Shown here: piece after piece, positions 16,570 to 25,519 of the stretch | Layout of the letters: each line of letters begins with the position of its first letter | Numbering within the stretch: the first letter of the stretch is position 1 | Assembly (NCBI GenBank): GCA_039798725.1 | Contig: JBDKFJ010000006.1 | Coordinates: 11,472-75,471, forward strand | Reading direction: 5' to 3' | DNA: 64,000 nt | DNA from: Chlamydiota bacterium | Lineage (GTDB): Bacteria > Chlamydiota > Chlamydiia > Chlamydiales > Rhabdochlamydiaceae | Position numbers and translations under genes: made by a program | The notes under the pieces: generated by a model | Told to the model about the DNA's origin: nothing | What the model saw: only the letters and a program-made list of their open reading frames with translations | Database searches by the model: none

Positions 16570-17874
16570 TTATTGCGGTTGGGGTGATAAAGCTCGGTTC
16601 CAAATACAGCCCAGTCCCACACCCAAAATGCCACCGACTGTCAAGTCGACAATGTCATGCTTTCCAGGAAGATAGCGGGCCAGTGCAAGGCAAGAGGTTA
16701 AGGCCACAGCTCCCATACGAGCAAGCGGGTGGGTATAGGCAAAAAATACGCGAATCAGACACTGTGTCCCAATCATAATATGACCTGAAGGAAACGACTC
16801 TAAATCATCAGGGAAACAGGGCCTGGGTTTCTTGAAAATCTTCTTAAGACCTAGGGTGCCCCGATTTTGCACCACAATGAGGGCAAGGATAATGCCTGCA
16901 TTCCGCATTGCTTGACCATATTGCCCACTTTTAATATCGGGAATAAGATCTGCAAATCCAACGACCATGGGAAACGCATACTGCAATATATCGCCCGCGC
17001 TTTCAAACCATCCGGGGATTCTTCCCATTTCCAATTCTTGTCTAAGAGCACATACCCTATTTTGCAACTCGTTGGCAGAAAGAGGGAATTTTGGGATTAA
17101 CATATTCTTCAAAACAGTCAACTTACCCAATAACTCATCCTCTCTTGTCTTTGTAAACACAATATGTTGATGCCAATGAGGAACAGATTGTCCTGCAAGA
17201 GCCCCTGTTTTATGGAATATGTGAGCTATTACGCACCCTTTTTGGAAATAGATGTCTACCAGCCTTTGTGTCAGCTGGATTGACTCTTTATATTCTCGCT
17301 TTGTCAAATGAGAAAAATTTGTGCGATGCGCTTTTGTGACTACAAGGAAATGCAAACGCTGTATGGGAGAATAATCATACAATACATCCACATAGTGTCC
17401 ACTAATCACTCTTTGGCGGCTGCGAATCTCCTTATTGCAGAATGCATCTTTTCCCTCTTGCCGACAAAGCGGTTGTGTAATCGAAATTCCACGGTCAACT
17501 TGCTGGCGAGTTTGCTCTCCTAACCGGCTTCTTTCCTGTTCGGAAAGCGAAGGACGCCCCCATGTAATGGCTGTAAGAACACAAAACTGTTGCCATAGCT
17601 TTCCCAAAAACAAAACGGATTTTGTGTAAGGGACAACTTCCCAATGAAAGGGCTGATCGAGGCTGGCCTTGCCGTAGACCATATAGTCATTAATCCCTTG
17701 CTGCTGGAATAATCCAACAACCCACCTTAAGGATACAAAACTATCCTTCCAACCACTCCAAGAAAGAAAAGGAAAAGCCTTACTGTGGATAACTTGTAGA
17801 GAACCGAGAGCTAAAGGGGCTTTAGGCACTATTGCACTCAATACACCTTTGTTAAACACAACAAAAGTCATCAT
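16570..17874 (-). CDS. fusion protein: degenerate HIT-like domain + canonical HIT domain + C-terminal PAP2 phosphatase (membrane)
   Basis: Histidine triad VPHWHQHIVF (codons 231-240, nt ~17158-17183). An upstream degenerate copy reads PFHWEVVPY. The three PAP2 motifs are complete: KKIFKKPRP (KX6RP), FPSGH (PSGH), ARYLPGKHDIVD (RX5HX3D). The C-terminal third has hydrophobic helices. Confidence 0.75.
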   Translation of the reverse strand: MMTFVVFNKGVLSAIVPKAPLALGSLQVIHSKAFPFLSWSGWKDSFVSLRWVVGLFQQQGINDYMVYGKASLDQPFHWEVVPYTKSVLFLGKLWQQFCVLTAITWGRPSLSEQERSRLGEQTRQQVDRGISITQPLCRQEGKDAFCNKEIRSRQRVISGHYVDVLYDYSPIQRLHFLVVTKAHRTNFSHLTKREYKESIQLTQRLVDIYFQKGCVIAHIFHKTGALAGQSVPHWHQHIVFTKTREDELLGKLTVLKNMLIPKFPLSANELQNRVCALRQELEMGRIPGWFESAGDILQYAFPMVVGFADLIPDIKSGQYGQAMRNAGIILALIVVQNRGTLGLKKIFKKPRPCFPDDLESFPSGHIMIGTQCLIRVFFAYTHPLARMGAVALTSCLALARYLPGKHDIVDLTVGGILGVGLGCIWNRALSPQPQ

Positions 17875-17884
17875 CCCACTTCAG

Positions 17885-18394
17885 TTAACAGATACTGAAA
17901 TTCCAACAGGGATATGTCGAGACTTGCTTACCACCTACACTTTTGCTGCCGGAGTCGAGCACCCCGCCGGATGTGCCAAATACAACATTCCATACCCAAG
18001 CAAGACCAGAGCAGCCTCGAGAAGCCGGTGTAGAGGTAGCCAAGAGATTGGCCTGCATGGCATCGCTTTCATAATCAAAAGCTTTACCTCGATAGTACTC
18101 AGAAACCAAGAAAGTCAAAACTGTAACCGATCCGGATAGCAGACCCAAATCCAAATGCAATGGAGCGCCCATACTGCTGAACTTTACATCTTTTGATATG
18201 CCGAATACTCCCGCTGTAAGCGCTGCAAAGGCCGAAGAAATAATTCTATAGGTATTCTTTGTATCATGACATTCGTTGCTCAAGCCAATCAATCCTTCGG
18301 CTAATGTACGCCATCCACTTCTAGGCAGGGTCGAACTATGTTTTACAGCCTGATTAAATTCTCTTGTCAAACCTACCACTTTGCAATCTGTCAT
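17885..18394 (-). CDS. hypothetical protein, 169 aa
   Basis: ORF packed 10 nt upstream of the HIT-PAP2 gene and 33 nt downstream of the GT9 gene. It is Gly/Ser-rich with one hydrophobic stretch. I recognise no motif. Confidence 0.5.
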   Translation of the reverse strand: MTDCKVVGLTREFNQAVKHSSTLPRSGWRTLAEGLIGLSNECHDTKNTYRIISSAFAALTAGVFGISKDVKFSSMGAPLHLDLGLLSGSVTVLTFLVSEYYRGKAFDYESDAMQANLLATSTPASRGCSGLAWVWNVVFGTSGGVLDSGSKSVGGKQVSTYPCWNFSIC

Positions 18395-18427
18395 ATTACC
18401 CCTCTAAAAATTCTTGAGACCGTTAGC

Positions 18428-19399
18428 TTATCGATTTTTCACATTAAATGTCATACAAGCCGCTGTAGAACAAGTTCTGAGTATAGGGCACCTAGTATGA
18501 AATTTTTTATTATATGGACAAGCGCCCTGGAAGGCGCGGTGCTGATCTCCTAATGGCTTATAACACAACGCTAAAGAGGGCCCAAAAAAGCTCAAAGAGG
18601 GCGTATTTGTCGTAGCACACAGGTGTAGGGCCGCAGAATCGACACTTAAGACAAGATCGCATTTTGCCATGATATGCTGCAAAAGAGGCAAGCTCACCCT
18701 CGGCAAAAGTGCGCTACGACAAGGGAATTGGGCATGCAGCTGTTTTGCCATCTCTTCTTCTTTGGAGTTCCCATGTACAAAAAGCAAAAAGGGGGTCTCT
18801 TCTTGCTTTAACAATTCCATCCAAGAGGCAAGTGGGAGTTGCTTATTCTTCCATTTAGAACCTGTGCATACCATCCAGACAGGAGCTCTAAAATCAAATG
18901 GAAAGGCTTTTTCTTCGGGGGAAAGAAGTAAAGGGATAGCAGTGGGTGTAAAAGGTGTCTTATCACCAAAATAGGTTTGCACAAGATCCAAGTATTGCAC
19001 TCTTCGTGAAGGGTTTAAAGAGAGGGGGATTTTGTAATCTGTAAAAAGAGCGCCCCCGATTTCTTGCACACCGGATCGATCCCATCCCACCTTCACTTTA
19101 GCTTTTGCAAGCTTTGTAATAATCCCCGACTTCCAATTCCCTTGCAGATCAAAAACCAAGTCATAAGAAAAGGAGCGTAGCTTTGATAGAGCCTGCCTAA
19201 TACTTCTGAATGTCCGTTGTTTGGTATCGATCTTGTGGACAGTATGCAATAGAGGATGGGCTTCTAAAAGAGCGTGACTTGGACGCTCTGCGATCCAATC
19301 GACTTGTGCATCTGCGAATTTTGTTTTCAGGTACTCAAGCACGGGAAATGTCTGTAAGATATCGCCAATAGCGGAGGTTTTTATAATTAAGATTTTCAC
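18428..19399 (-). CDS. glycosyltransferase family 9 (LPS heptosyltransferase-like)
   Basis: The N-terminus MKILIIKTSAIGDILQTFPVLEYLK and the ~320-aa size are typical of the RfaF/WaaC-type GT9 family. Confidence 0.7.
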   Translation of the reverse strand: MKILIIKTSAIGDILQTFPVLEYLKTKFADAQVDWIAERPSHALLEAHPLLHTVHKIDTKQRTFRSIRQALSKLRSFSYDLVFDLQGNWKSGIITKLAKAKVKVGWDRSGVQEIGGALFTDYKIPLSLNPSRRVQYLDLVQTYFGDKTPFTPTAIPLLLSPEEKAFPFDFRAPVWMVCTGSKWKNKQLPLASWMELLKQEETPFLLFVHGNSKEEEMAKQLHAQFPCRSALLPRVSLPLLQHIMAKCDLVLSVDSAALHLCATTNTPSLSFFGPSLALCYKPLGDQHRAFQGACPYNKKFHTRCPILRTCSTAACMTFNVKNR

Positions 19400-20250
19400 T
19401 TGAAACGCAGCGACAGCGCATCCATCGCCTCCTTAAAATCAGAAGGGATGGGTGCTACAATTTTTATAGGGGCCTTTGTAAGGGGATGCGTAAACTGCAC
19501 CTCATAGGCGTGTAACAGATTTCTCTTAGGGGCATAGGAACAGGAAAATTTCTTGCAATATTGCCGATCTCCTAAAATCGGATGGGACAAAGCTTGCAGG
19601 TGGACTCGCAGCTGATGGGTTCTTCCTGTCTTTGGCTCGCAAGCGACAAGCGAGGCTTTGTTACCAAGACAGAGCGTTTGAAAATGGGTAATTGCCCTTG
19701 CTCCCTCATCGGGTGGGACAACACCATACACGGTTTGTCCTGCATAGGAGCCTTTTTTACCGATGGCCCGATCGATAATCCCCTCTTTTTTTTCCATCTT
19801 GCCATCGACAATGGCAAGATAGAGTTTGCGCATCTTGCGCTCTTTAAAAAGCGCTTCAAGACAGGTTTTTACCTCTGCAGTCTTTGCGATCAGGAGCACC
19901 CCGGAGGTCTCTTTATCCAGCCTGTGCACCAAAAAACCATTCTTGATTCCAAGCTCTTCAAGGGATGTGACAACCCCCGCTCTTTTGTGAATAGCCACAA
20001 GCGCATCATCTTCGTACAAAACAGTGCAAGGAGCAATTACCGTTTCTGTAAGGTCCACTGTGACCTCATCGCCTGCATGGAGCTCAAAAGAGGAAAATGT
20101 TTCGATATTGCCATTGACAAGACAACATTTGTTATCAATTGCTCTTTTCAGCGCTTTGACAGAAGAAGCATCCTTACACTGCTCTCTTAAAAAGGAAAGA
20201 AGGCGCATCCCCGCTTGGAGAGGAGACACGCGCCATTTAAATACATTCAT
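19396..20250 (-). CDS. RluA/RluD-family pseudouridine synthase
   Basis: S4-like N-terminus plus the catalytic motif HRLDKETSGVLLIAKT. 284 aa. Confidence 0.85.
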   Translation of the reverse strand: MNVFKWRVSPLQAGMRLLSFLREQCKDASSVKALKRAIDNKCCLVNGNIETFSSFELHAGDEVTVDLTETVIAPCTVLYEDDALVAIHKRAGVVTSLEELGIKNGFLVHRLDKETSGVLLIAKTAEVKTCLEALFKERKMRKLYLAIVDGKMEKKEGIIDRAIGKKGSYAGQTVYGVVPPDEGARAITHFQTLCLGNKASLVACEPKTGRTHQLRVHLQALSHPILGDRQYCKKFSCSYAPKRNLLHAYEVQFTHPLTKAPIKIVAPIPSDFKEAMDALSLRFK

Positions 20251-21676
20251 GAGTTAAGAAATCGATAAAAAGTCTGACCCCATACCCGGTAGCTAATGTG
20301 GGGTGGTAAGGGTGTTTGAGTTCCGATGGATAAGCCACCCCTGCAATATCAATGTGGGCCCAAGAAGATCCTTTGACAAAAGCATGAATAAACGTAGCCC
20401 CTGTCCCGGCACTAGCTCTTCTTGCGCCTCCGGAATTTTTGATATCGGCAATCGGCGACTTCAAATAGTCTCTATACTCAGGATAAAGAGGCAATCTCCA
20501 TAGACGCTCTCCTGTGCGATCAGCTGCCTTCTCTAAAGCAGAGCTTAGCTTATCATTATTCGAAAATAGCCCTGCAGCATCTTCTCCAAGAGCAATGATC
20601 ACGCCCCCTGTGAGGGTTGCGAAATCGACAATCGATGTGCACTTATAATGCTTTTCTAAATAGGCAATGGTATCTGCTAAAACAAGACGCCCTTCGGCAT
20701 CGGTATTGGTGATCTCCACGCTCTGTCCTGTATAACCTACAAATACATCTCCCGGCTTATAGCTTTTGGGACCGATCGCATTTTCAGCCACCCCCATGGC
20801 TCCCACAAGGTTGACCTTCAATTTCAGCTCTGCACACGCCTGCATAATCCCCATGACAACAGCCGCCCCTGCCATATCACACTTCATCGTCTCCATCCCG
20901 GAGCCCGATACTTTGATATTCAAGCCCCCTGTGTCAAAGGTCACACCTTTGCCCACAACCGCTATCTGCTCTTTAGAGGAAGGGTTGCCCCGGTATTCAA
21001 GGATAATGACAGCAGGGTCTCTTTCGGCTGCTTGACCCACTGCCAAAATGAGCCCCATTTTCTCTTTTTGCAGCGCCTTTTTATCTAATACCGTCAATTT
21101 AAGACTGGAATGCGCTTTAGAGAGCTCTTTTGCCTTTTTAATCAAAGCATCAACATTGACATCGTCTGCATTGCCATTGACAAGATCTCTTGTCAAGTAG
21201 ACAGAGCGCATCACCGCTTCTACTTTTTTTACCTCTGCCTCTGCAACCTTTCCGCAAAGACAAATCGACTCAATCGGCTTTTCTTCACTCTTCGATTTGA
21301 AATCAAAGCGGTAGGCCGCCATAAGCAGCCCTTCAATTGCTGCTCCATGCATTCCCACACTAGGAAGACATACATTGAGATGGAAAATCGACTTAGAGCG
21401 GAGCACCTTCACTGCATGCGCATACGCTCCTCTCACAGTCTCCTCAGTGCACTTCTTCTCTTCCCCTAAGCCAAGTAGAAGAACGCGCGGCTCATGTCCT
21501 TTGTGATAGAGGAGCAACGCCTCTTTTTCTTTACCACTAAAGTCACCGATTTCAAGCGGCCCTTTAGCTACCGCTTCAAATTCTGCAAACTCCCCCTTTT
21601 TCTTTAAGAAAAAGGGCACAATCACAGCACCGGCACTCTTTCGACTTTTGAGAGAAGCAATTGACAGTTTAACCAT
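20237..21676 (-). CDS. pepA: leucyl aminopeptidase (M17)
   Basis: M17 signature NTDAEGRL (VEITNTDAEGRLVLAD). 479 aa. Confidence 0.9.
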   Translation of the reverse strand: MVKLSIASLKSRKSAGAVIVPFFLKKKGEFAEFEAVAKGPLEIGDFSGKEKEALLLYHKGHEPRVLLLGLGEEKKCTEETVRGAYAHAVKVLRSKSIFHLNVCLPSVGMHGAAIEGLLMAAYRFDFKSKSEEKPIESICLCGKVAEAEVKKVEAVMRSVYLTRDLVNGNADDVNVDALIKKAKELSKAHSSLKLTVLDKKALQKEKMGLILAVGQAAERDPAVIILEYRGNPSSKEQIAVVGKGVTFDTGGLNIKVSGSGMETMKCDMAGAAVVMGIMQACAELKLKVNLVGAMGVAENAIGPKSYKPGDVFVGYTGQSVEITNTDAEGRLVLADTIAYLEKHYKCTSIVDFATLTGGVIIALGEDAAGLFSNNDKLSSALEKAADRTGERLWRLPLYPEYRDYLKSPIADIKNSGGARRASAGTGATFIHAFVKGSSWAHIDIAGVAYPSELKHPYHPTLATGYGVRLFIDFLTHECI

Positions 21677-21685
21677 TATTCTACC

Positions 21686-22138
21686 TTAAAAAGGGATCTC
21701 ATCATCGGAAAAATTCATCTCCACTTTCCCCTGTCCAAAAGAAGAAGTGGCTCCTGCCATCCCCTGGAACACCTCTGCTGTGGATGTAGCAGTTTGTCCT
21801 TCATGAGAGGCTTGCGGTGCATCTGGGCGACCAAAGGGACTAAACGCAATGTGGTGCGCTGTGATATTCATCGACACCTGTGATTTCCCTTCTCTATCGG
21901 TGAAAATCTCAGGAGGGCTCAGCTCTCCCATTACAATAATGGGGCTCCCCTTCTTAAAATAAGGGATAATCTTATCGAACTGCTCTCCCCAAATGGTGAC
22001 TTTCCACCAAATGGTCTCATCTTTTCCACTCTTTCTTGCTCTTGCAGCCACTCGCAATGTTGTGACTTTCTTGCCCGATGAAGTAAAACGCACTTCAGGA
22101 TCTTGCCCCAAATGCCCAGCTATCGTTGACTGATTCAT
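21686..22138 (-). CDS. ssb: single-stranded DNA-binding protein
   Basis: OB-fold N-terminus MNQSTIAGHLGQDPEVRF and acidic tail ending DDEIPF. I placed the start at the internal ATG 22138, which is preceded by a GGGAG RBS. The track's longer ORF runs up to the repeat at 22208-22385. Confidence 0.9.
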   Translation of the reverse strand: MNQSTIAGHLGQDPEVRFTSSGKKVTTLRVAARARKSGKDETIWWKVTIWGEQFDKIIPYFKKGSPIIVMGELSPPEIFTDREGKSQVSMNITAHHIAFSPFGRPDAPQASHEGQTATSTAEVFQGMAGATSSFGQGKVEMNFSDDEIPF

Positions 22139-22207
22139 AAAAATCTCCCTTCTCAAAGGCTCATTATGTAATGCCTTAAAGAATTCCTCAAGTCTTTTTA
22201 CATCCAT

Positions 22208-22385
22208 TATAGTCGATTAATACCAAACGCAATAAATAACGTCATATTTGAGCGCGTCAAAGCGGTGAAAATCAGCGATCGCAAGTGGCATTGTATTGCA
22301 TTAATACTATGCCACTTGCGATCGCCGATTTGTCCCCAGCTTTCACGCAGCTGAAATATGACGTTATTTATTGCGTTTGGTATAA
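22208..22385. repeat. palindromic MITE-like element, full-length copy (~178 bp, near-complete palindrome)
   Basis: It begins tatagtcgattaa + taataccaaacgcaataaataacgtcatattt (22218-22249). The right arm aaatatgacgttatttattgcgtttggtata (22355-22385) is its reverse complement. Nested inner inverted repeat: atcagcgatcgcaagtggcat / atgccacttgcgatcgccgat. The centre is at ~22295. Confidence 0.75.
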
Positions 22386-22706
22386 ATTTTGAGATAGGTC
22401 TGTAAACAGAAGATTCATGAATGCGCAACTTACAATGTCTATAATAGCCTCACGATCAGCTTGAGAGATTGCTATGCTGTCACAACTTGTACAGATAATA
22501 TCGACTAAACAACCTCTTAACTCATCTTGTCTATAGAAATATCTTCTGCAAAGAGTCTGGCTTACGCGGTCTATCAACGTGCAACAGTATTGATGATTGC
22601 CTCGGATTTTGCAAGGCAAACGATACTCAATTTGTCTGACTAGTTTTTCCTTATCAAAAAACTTATAGTTAAAAGGTAAGTCAAGAGCCTTTCTGTACCG
22701 CTGCAT
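22368..22706 (-). CDS. small Cys-containing protein, paralog A of a 3-member family (unknown function)
   Basis: 112 aa. It shares the pattern YRLP..C..L.DRVSQTLC...RQDEL..CLVDII......DIV..A with ORFs 23142-23441 and 23520-23837. The last 4 codons and stop (YQTQ*) lie inside the repeat at 22208-22385. Confidence 0.6.
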   Translation of the reverse strand: MQRYRKALDLPFNYKFFDKEKLVRQIEYRLPCKIRGNHQYCCTLIDRVSQTLCRRYFYRQDELRGCLVDIICTSCDSIAISQADREAIIDIVSCAFMNLLFTDLSQNLYQTQ

Positions 22707-22732
22707 GTTTTTATCTTTAATTTAGAAAAAAT

Positions 22733-23077
22733 TTATGCAGAAGGGCTACCACGCTGCCTTGCCGCTGCTTCTGCTATATGTTTAGAAAAGTCGCTCCTTT
22801 CTTGCTGAATTCTACGACAATCATTTGATTTAAATGCGCCTTCTACCTCTTGAAGTCTTTTTTGTAATTCTGAGACCTGCCGTTGTAGGTCAGAGTTGCT
22901 TTTTTCTAATAAACTTACTCTGTCAGTGAGTCCTTGGACTAAGGCGGCTTGTGCGTCATAAAGACCTACATTGCTGGTAATCTCTTGAACTTGAGCTATT
23001 AGTTCCGATAAAGCACTACTCAAATCATCCTGAACCTGTACAACCGCCCTTGATCCCGAAATCTTTACTGGTAACAT
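22733..23077 (-). CDS. coiled-coil protein, 114 aa (unknown function)
   Basis: Start placed at the internal ATG 23077 (MLPVKISGSR), preceded by AGGGAA. The sequence is heptad-rich (LVQGLTDRVSLLEKSNSDLQRQVSELQKRLQEVEGAF). The track's longer 147-aa version would overlap the upstream paralog. Confidence 0.6.
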   Translation of the reverse strand: MLPVKISGSRAVVQVQDDLSSALSELIAQVQEITSNVGLYDAQAALVQGLTDRVSLLEKSNSDLQRQVSELQKRLQEVEGAFKSNDCRRIQQERSDFSKHIAEAAARQRGSPSA

Positions 23078-23141
23078 ATTCCCTTTTTTTAAAGGCTGCA
23101 ACGTATAACATGAAACAATATTTGTAAAACAAAAAACGCTA

Positions 23142-23441
23142 TTAAAATAGAGCTTGGGACAATGCCTGATGTACAAAATTTATAATCGTATCAGAAGAAT
23201 CAAGTCCCATTTCTGTTGGCCAGTAGTTATCGTGAATTATAAGAAATAAACACTCCTCTAAAGAATCTTGGGTATATCTCTGATTTCCACAAAGAACAAA
23301 GCTTACAGCTTTCACCAACTTGTGACACTGTTCAAGATAAGGATTTGAAACTAGATACGACCGAAAGAGTTCAGTCAGCTCTATTGGCTCACTAAACATA
23401 TAGACGAACTGTGGGGGTTGTCCTTCACTTATTCGGTTCAT
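23142..23441 (-). CDS. small acidic protein, paralog B (unknown function)
   Basis: 99 aa. LFRSYLVSNPYLEQCHKLVKAVSFVLC...TQDSLEECLFLII...INFVHQAL aligns with paralog C. Confidence 0.6.
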   Translation of the reverse strand: MNRISEGQPPQFVYMFSEPIELTELFRSYLVSNPYLEQCHKLVKAVSFVLCGNQRYTQDSLEECLFLIIHDNYWPTEMGLDSSDTIINFVHQALSQALF

Positions 23442-23519
23442 CTTTCTTCTAACTTATAGCTGATTGAATATAAAATGTTTTGTTTAAAACGCGTATTACA
23501 CACCCAATCCACCATATTA

Positions 23520-23837
23520 TCAAGAAGAAACAAATTCCCCACTAAATGTCCTTAATAAAGCCCTATGTACGATTTGCATAACTAGCACTTTGTTGTTCTT
23601 AGTGATTTGCGTTTTGTTGTAAGCTTCCTCGATGATATCGCTAGCGTGCAAGCGTAAAAACAGCTGCGTACACATTCCACGCTCGCAAAGAATCTCACTT
23701 ACACTTTTCATTACCTTAGCACATTCTTCACTAAAGGGAATTTCTAAAGGCAGATACGATCGCAGGTCGGCAGTAAGCTGATTTTGACCGTGGAAATGAT
23801 ATCTGCAGTGTGATCCTCTTCTTGTTGCCTGATGCAT
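23520..23837 (-). CDS. small protein, paralog C (unknown function)
   Basis: 105 aa. DLRSYLPLEIPFSEECAKVMKSVSEILC...TQLFLRLHASDII...MQIVHRAL aligns with paralog B. Confidence 0.6.
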   Translation of the reverse strand: MHQATRRGSHCRYHFHGQNQLTADLRSYLPLEIPFSEECAKVMKSVSEILCERGMCTQLFLRLHASDIIEEAYNKTQITKNNKVLVMQIVHRALLRTFSGEFVSS

Positions 23838-23845
23838 ATTCCTGT

Positions 23846-25519
23846 TTATTTCAGTTGAGAAAATTGTTGCTCGATGACTGCATCCTCAATGCGAGTAAAC
23901 AGAAGATGGGCCGGGTTGAGAGGCTGGCCGGTCGGAAGAGAAGACATAATCCCTTCATCCCATCCCCTATCTAAAAGCTCTCTTTGCATGTTAAGTAACT
24001 TCCATACGCTCTTTGCTGCATCAGGGATCACAGGATAAGAGACAATAGAGAGCACTTTGATACACTCAAGACAGAGTCCAATGGTATTTAACATCGCCTG
24101 ATATGTGGAAGGGTCTTTGGCAAGAGCCCAAGGTTTTTTGTGATCAAAATAGACATTACCTGCTTGCGCAAGCTCCATGATCAACTGACACGCTTTTCTT
24201 AACCGAAAATGCTCATAAGCATCTCCTGCTTCTTTTGCAATCCTCTGGATTGTATCTAAAAAGCTTTGGTCTTCGGCATCGAGTTTCTGTGTCTCAGGGA
24301 CAGCCGCTTTACAGTGCTTATGCGCAAAGACAAGAACGCGATTGACAAAGTTGCCATACTTACCAAGCAACTCACTATTGCAGCGCGCTTGGAAATCTTT
24401 CCAGGTAAATTCTGCATCTTGCGTCTCGGGAGCATTCGAGGCAATGGCATAGCGGATCTGATCTGCTGTGAATTGCTTGAAAAATGTATCCAAGTCGATA
24501 TACCAACCATCAGATTTACTGAATTTTTTCCCTTCAAAGTTGTAGAATTCATTAGCGGGAAGCTCATCGACAAGTTTATAGGGAGTGTCTTGTCCCATCA
24601 CCATCGCAGGGAAAAAGACGGCATGGAAGGGAATATTGTCTTTACCGACAAACTGGACATAGCGCGTTGCAGGATCTAGCCAATACGACTTCCACGCATC
24701 GGGCTCTCCGATATGCTCGGCCCAATCTTTTGTAGCTGAAATGTAGCCGATCGGCGCATCAAACCAGACATAAAGCACCTTGCCCTCTGCATGAGGCAAA
24801 GGAACTGGAATCCCCCACTGCATGTCGCGTGTGATGGCTCGGGGTTTGAGCTCATCGATGTAATGCTGGGCAAACTGCGTGACATTCGGCTTCCAATCCG
24901 TTTTAGAAGCAAGGAAGTCGGAAAGTTGCGCCTTAAAGCGGTCAAAAAGCAAAAACCAATGGCGTGTCGGCTTGCGAACAAGAGAAGAACCGGTTAGCTT
25001 GGATTTGGGATCAATAAGGTCTGTGGCTTCGTAGCTAGCGCCACACTTTTGGCACTCATCCCCTCTGGCTTCTTTAAAACCACACTTAGGACAGGTTCCG
25101 GTTACATAGCGGTCTGCCAAGAATTTGTGATCTGCTTCTGAATAGAGCTGATCTGTCACTCTCTCTTCAATATGTCCATTTTTTAAAAGGTCATGGAAAA
25201 ATTGCTGCACCGCCTCCACATGCCCCGGCCAAGTAGTGCGCGAATAGTGATCAAAAGAGATGTTGAGCTGGGAGAAAAATTGCTGTAATACTTTATGAAA
25301 ATGATCGACATGCTCTTGAGGAGATCTACCCGCTTCTTCAGCTTTTAGGGCAATGGCAATACCGTACTCATCTGAGCCGCAGATGTAGAGCACATCATTT
25401 TTTTTGAGTCTCTCATAGCGCGCATAGCAGTCGGCCGGCAGATAAGCTCCCGCAATATGACCAAAGTGCAAAGGCCCATTGGCGTAAGGGAGCGCTGAGG
25501 TAATAAGAATTTTTTTCAC
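23846..25519 (-). CDS. metG: methionyl-tRNA synthetase
   Basis: HIGH-type motif (GPLHFGHIAG), KMSKS variant KFSKS, Zn knuckles CPKCG…CQKCG. 557 aa. Confidence 0.95.
   Translation of the reverse strand: MKKILITSALPYANGPLHFGHIAGAYLPADCYARYERLKKNDVLYICGSDEYGIAIALKAEEAGRSPQEHVDHFHKVLQQFFSQLNISFDHYSRTTWPGHVEAVQQFFHDLLKNGHIEERVTDQLYSEADHKFLADRYVTGTCPKCGFKEARGDECQKCGASYEATDLIDPKSKLTGSSLVRKPTRHWFLLFDRFKAQLSDFLASKTDWKPNVTQFAQHYIDELKPRAITRDMQWGIPVPLPHAEGKVLYVWFDAPIGYISATKDWAEHIGEPDAWKSYWLDPATRYVQFVGKDNIPFHAVFFPAMVMGQDTPYKLVDELPANEFYNFEGKKFSKSDGWYIDLDTFFKQFTADQIRYAIASNAPETQDAEFTWKDFQARCNSELLGKYGNFVNRVLVFAHKHCKAAVPETQKLDAEDQSFLDTIQRIAKEAGDAYEHFRLRKACQLIMELAQAGNVYFDHKKPWALAKDPSTYQAMLNTIGLCLECIKVLSIVSYPVIPDAAKSVWKLLNMQRELLDRGWDEGIMSSLPTGQPLNPAHLLFTRIEDAVIEQQFSQLK

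Noticed and set aside
21686-22428. 173-aa version of ssb starting at 22207, and the 73-aa ORF at 22207-22428
   Set aside because: The ssb extension (MDVKRLEEFF…) runs up to the edge of the palindromic repeat and has no RBS, whereas the internal ATG at 22138 has a GGGAG RBS and gives a canonical SSB N-terminus. The 73-aa ORF lies almost entirely within the repeat.
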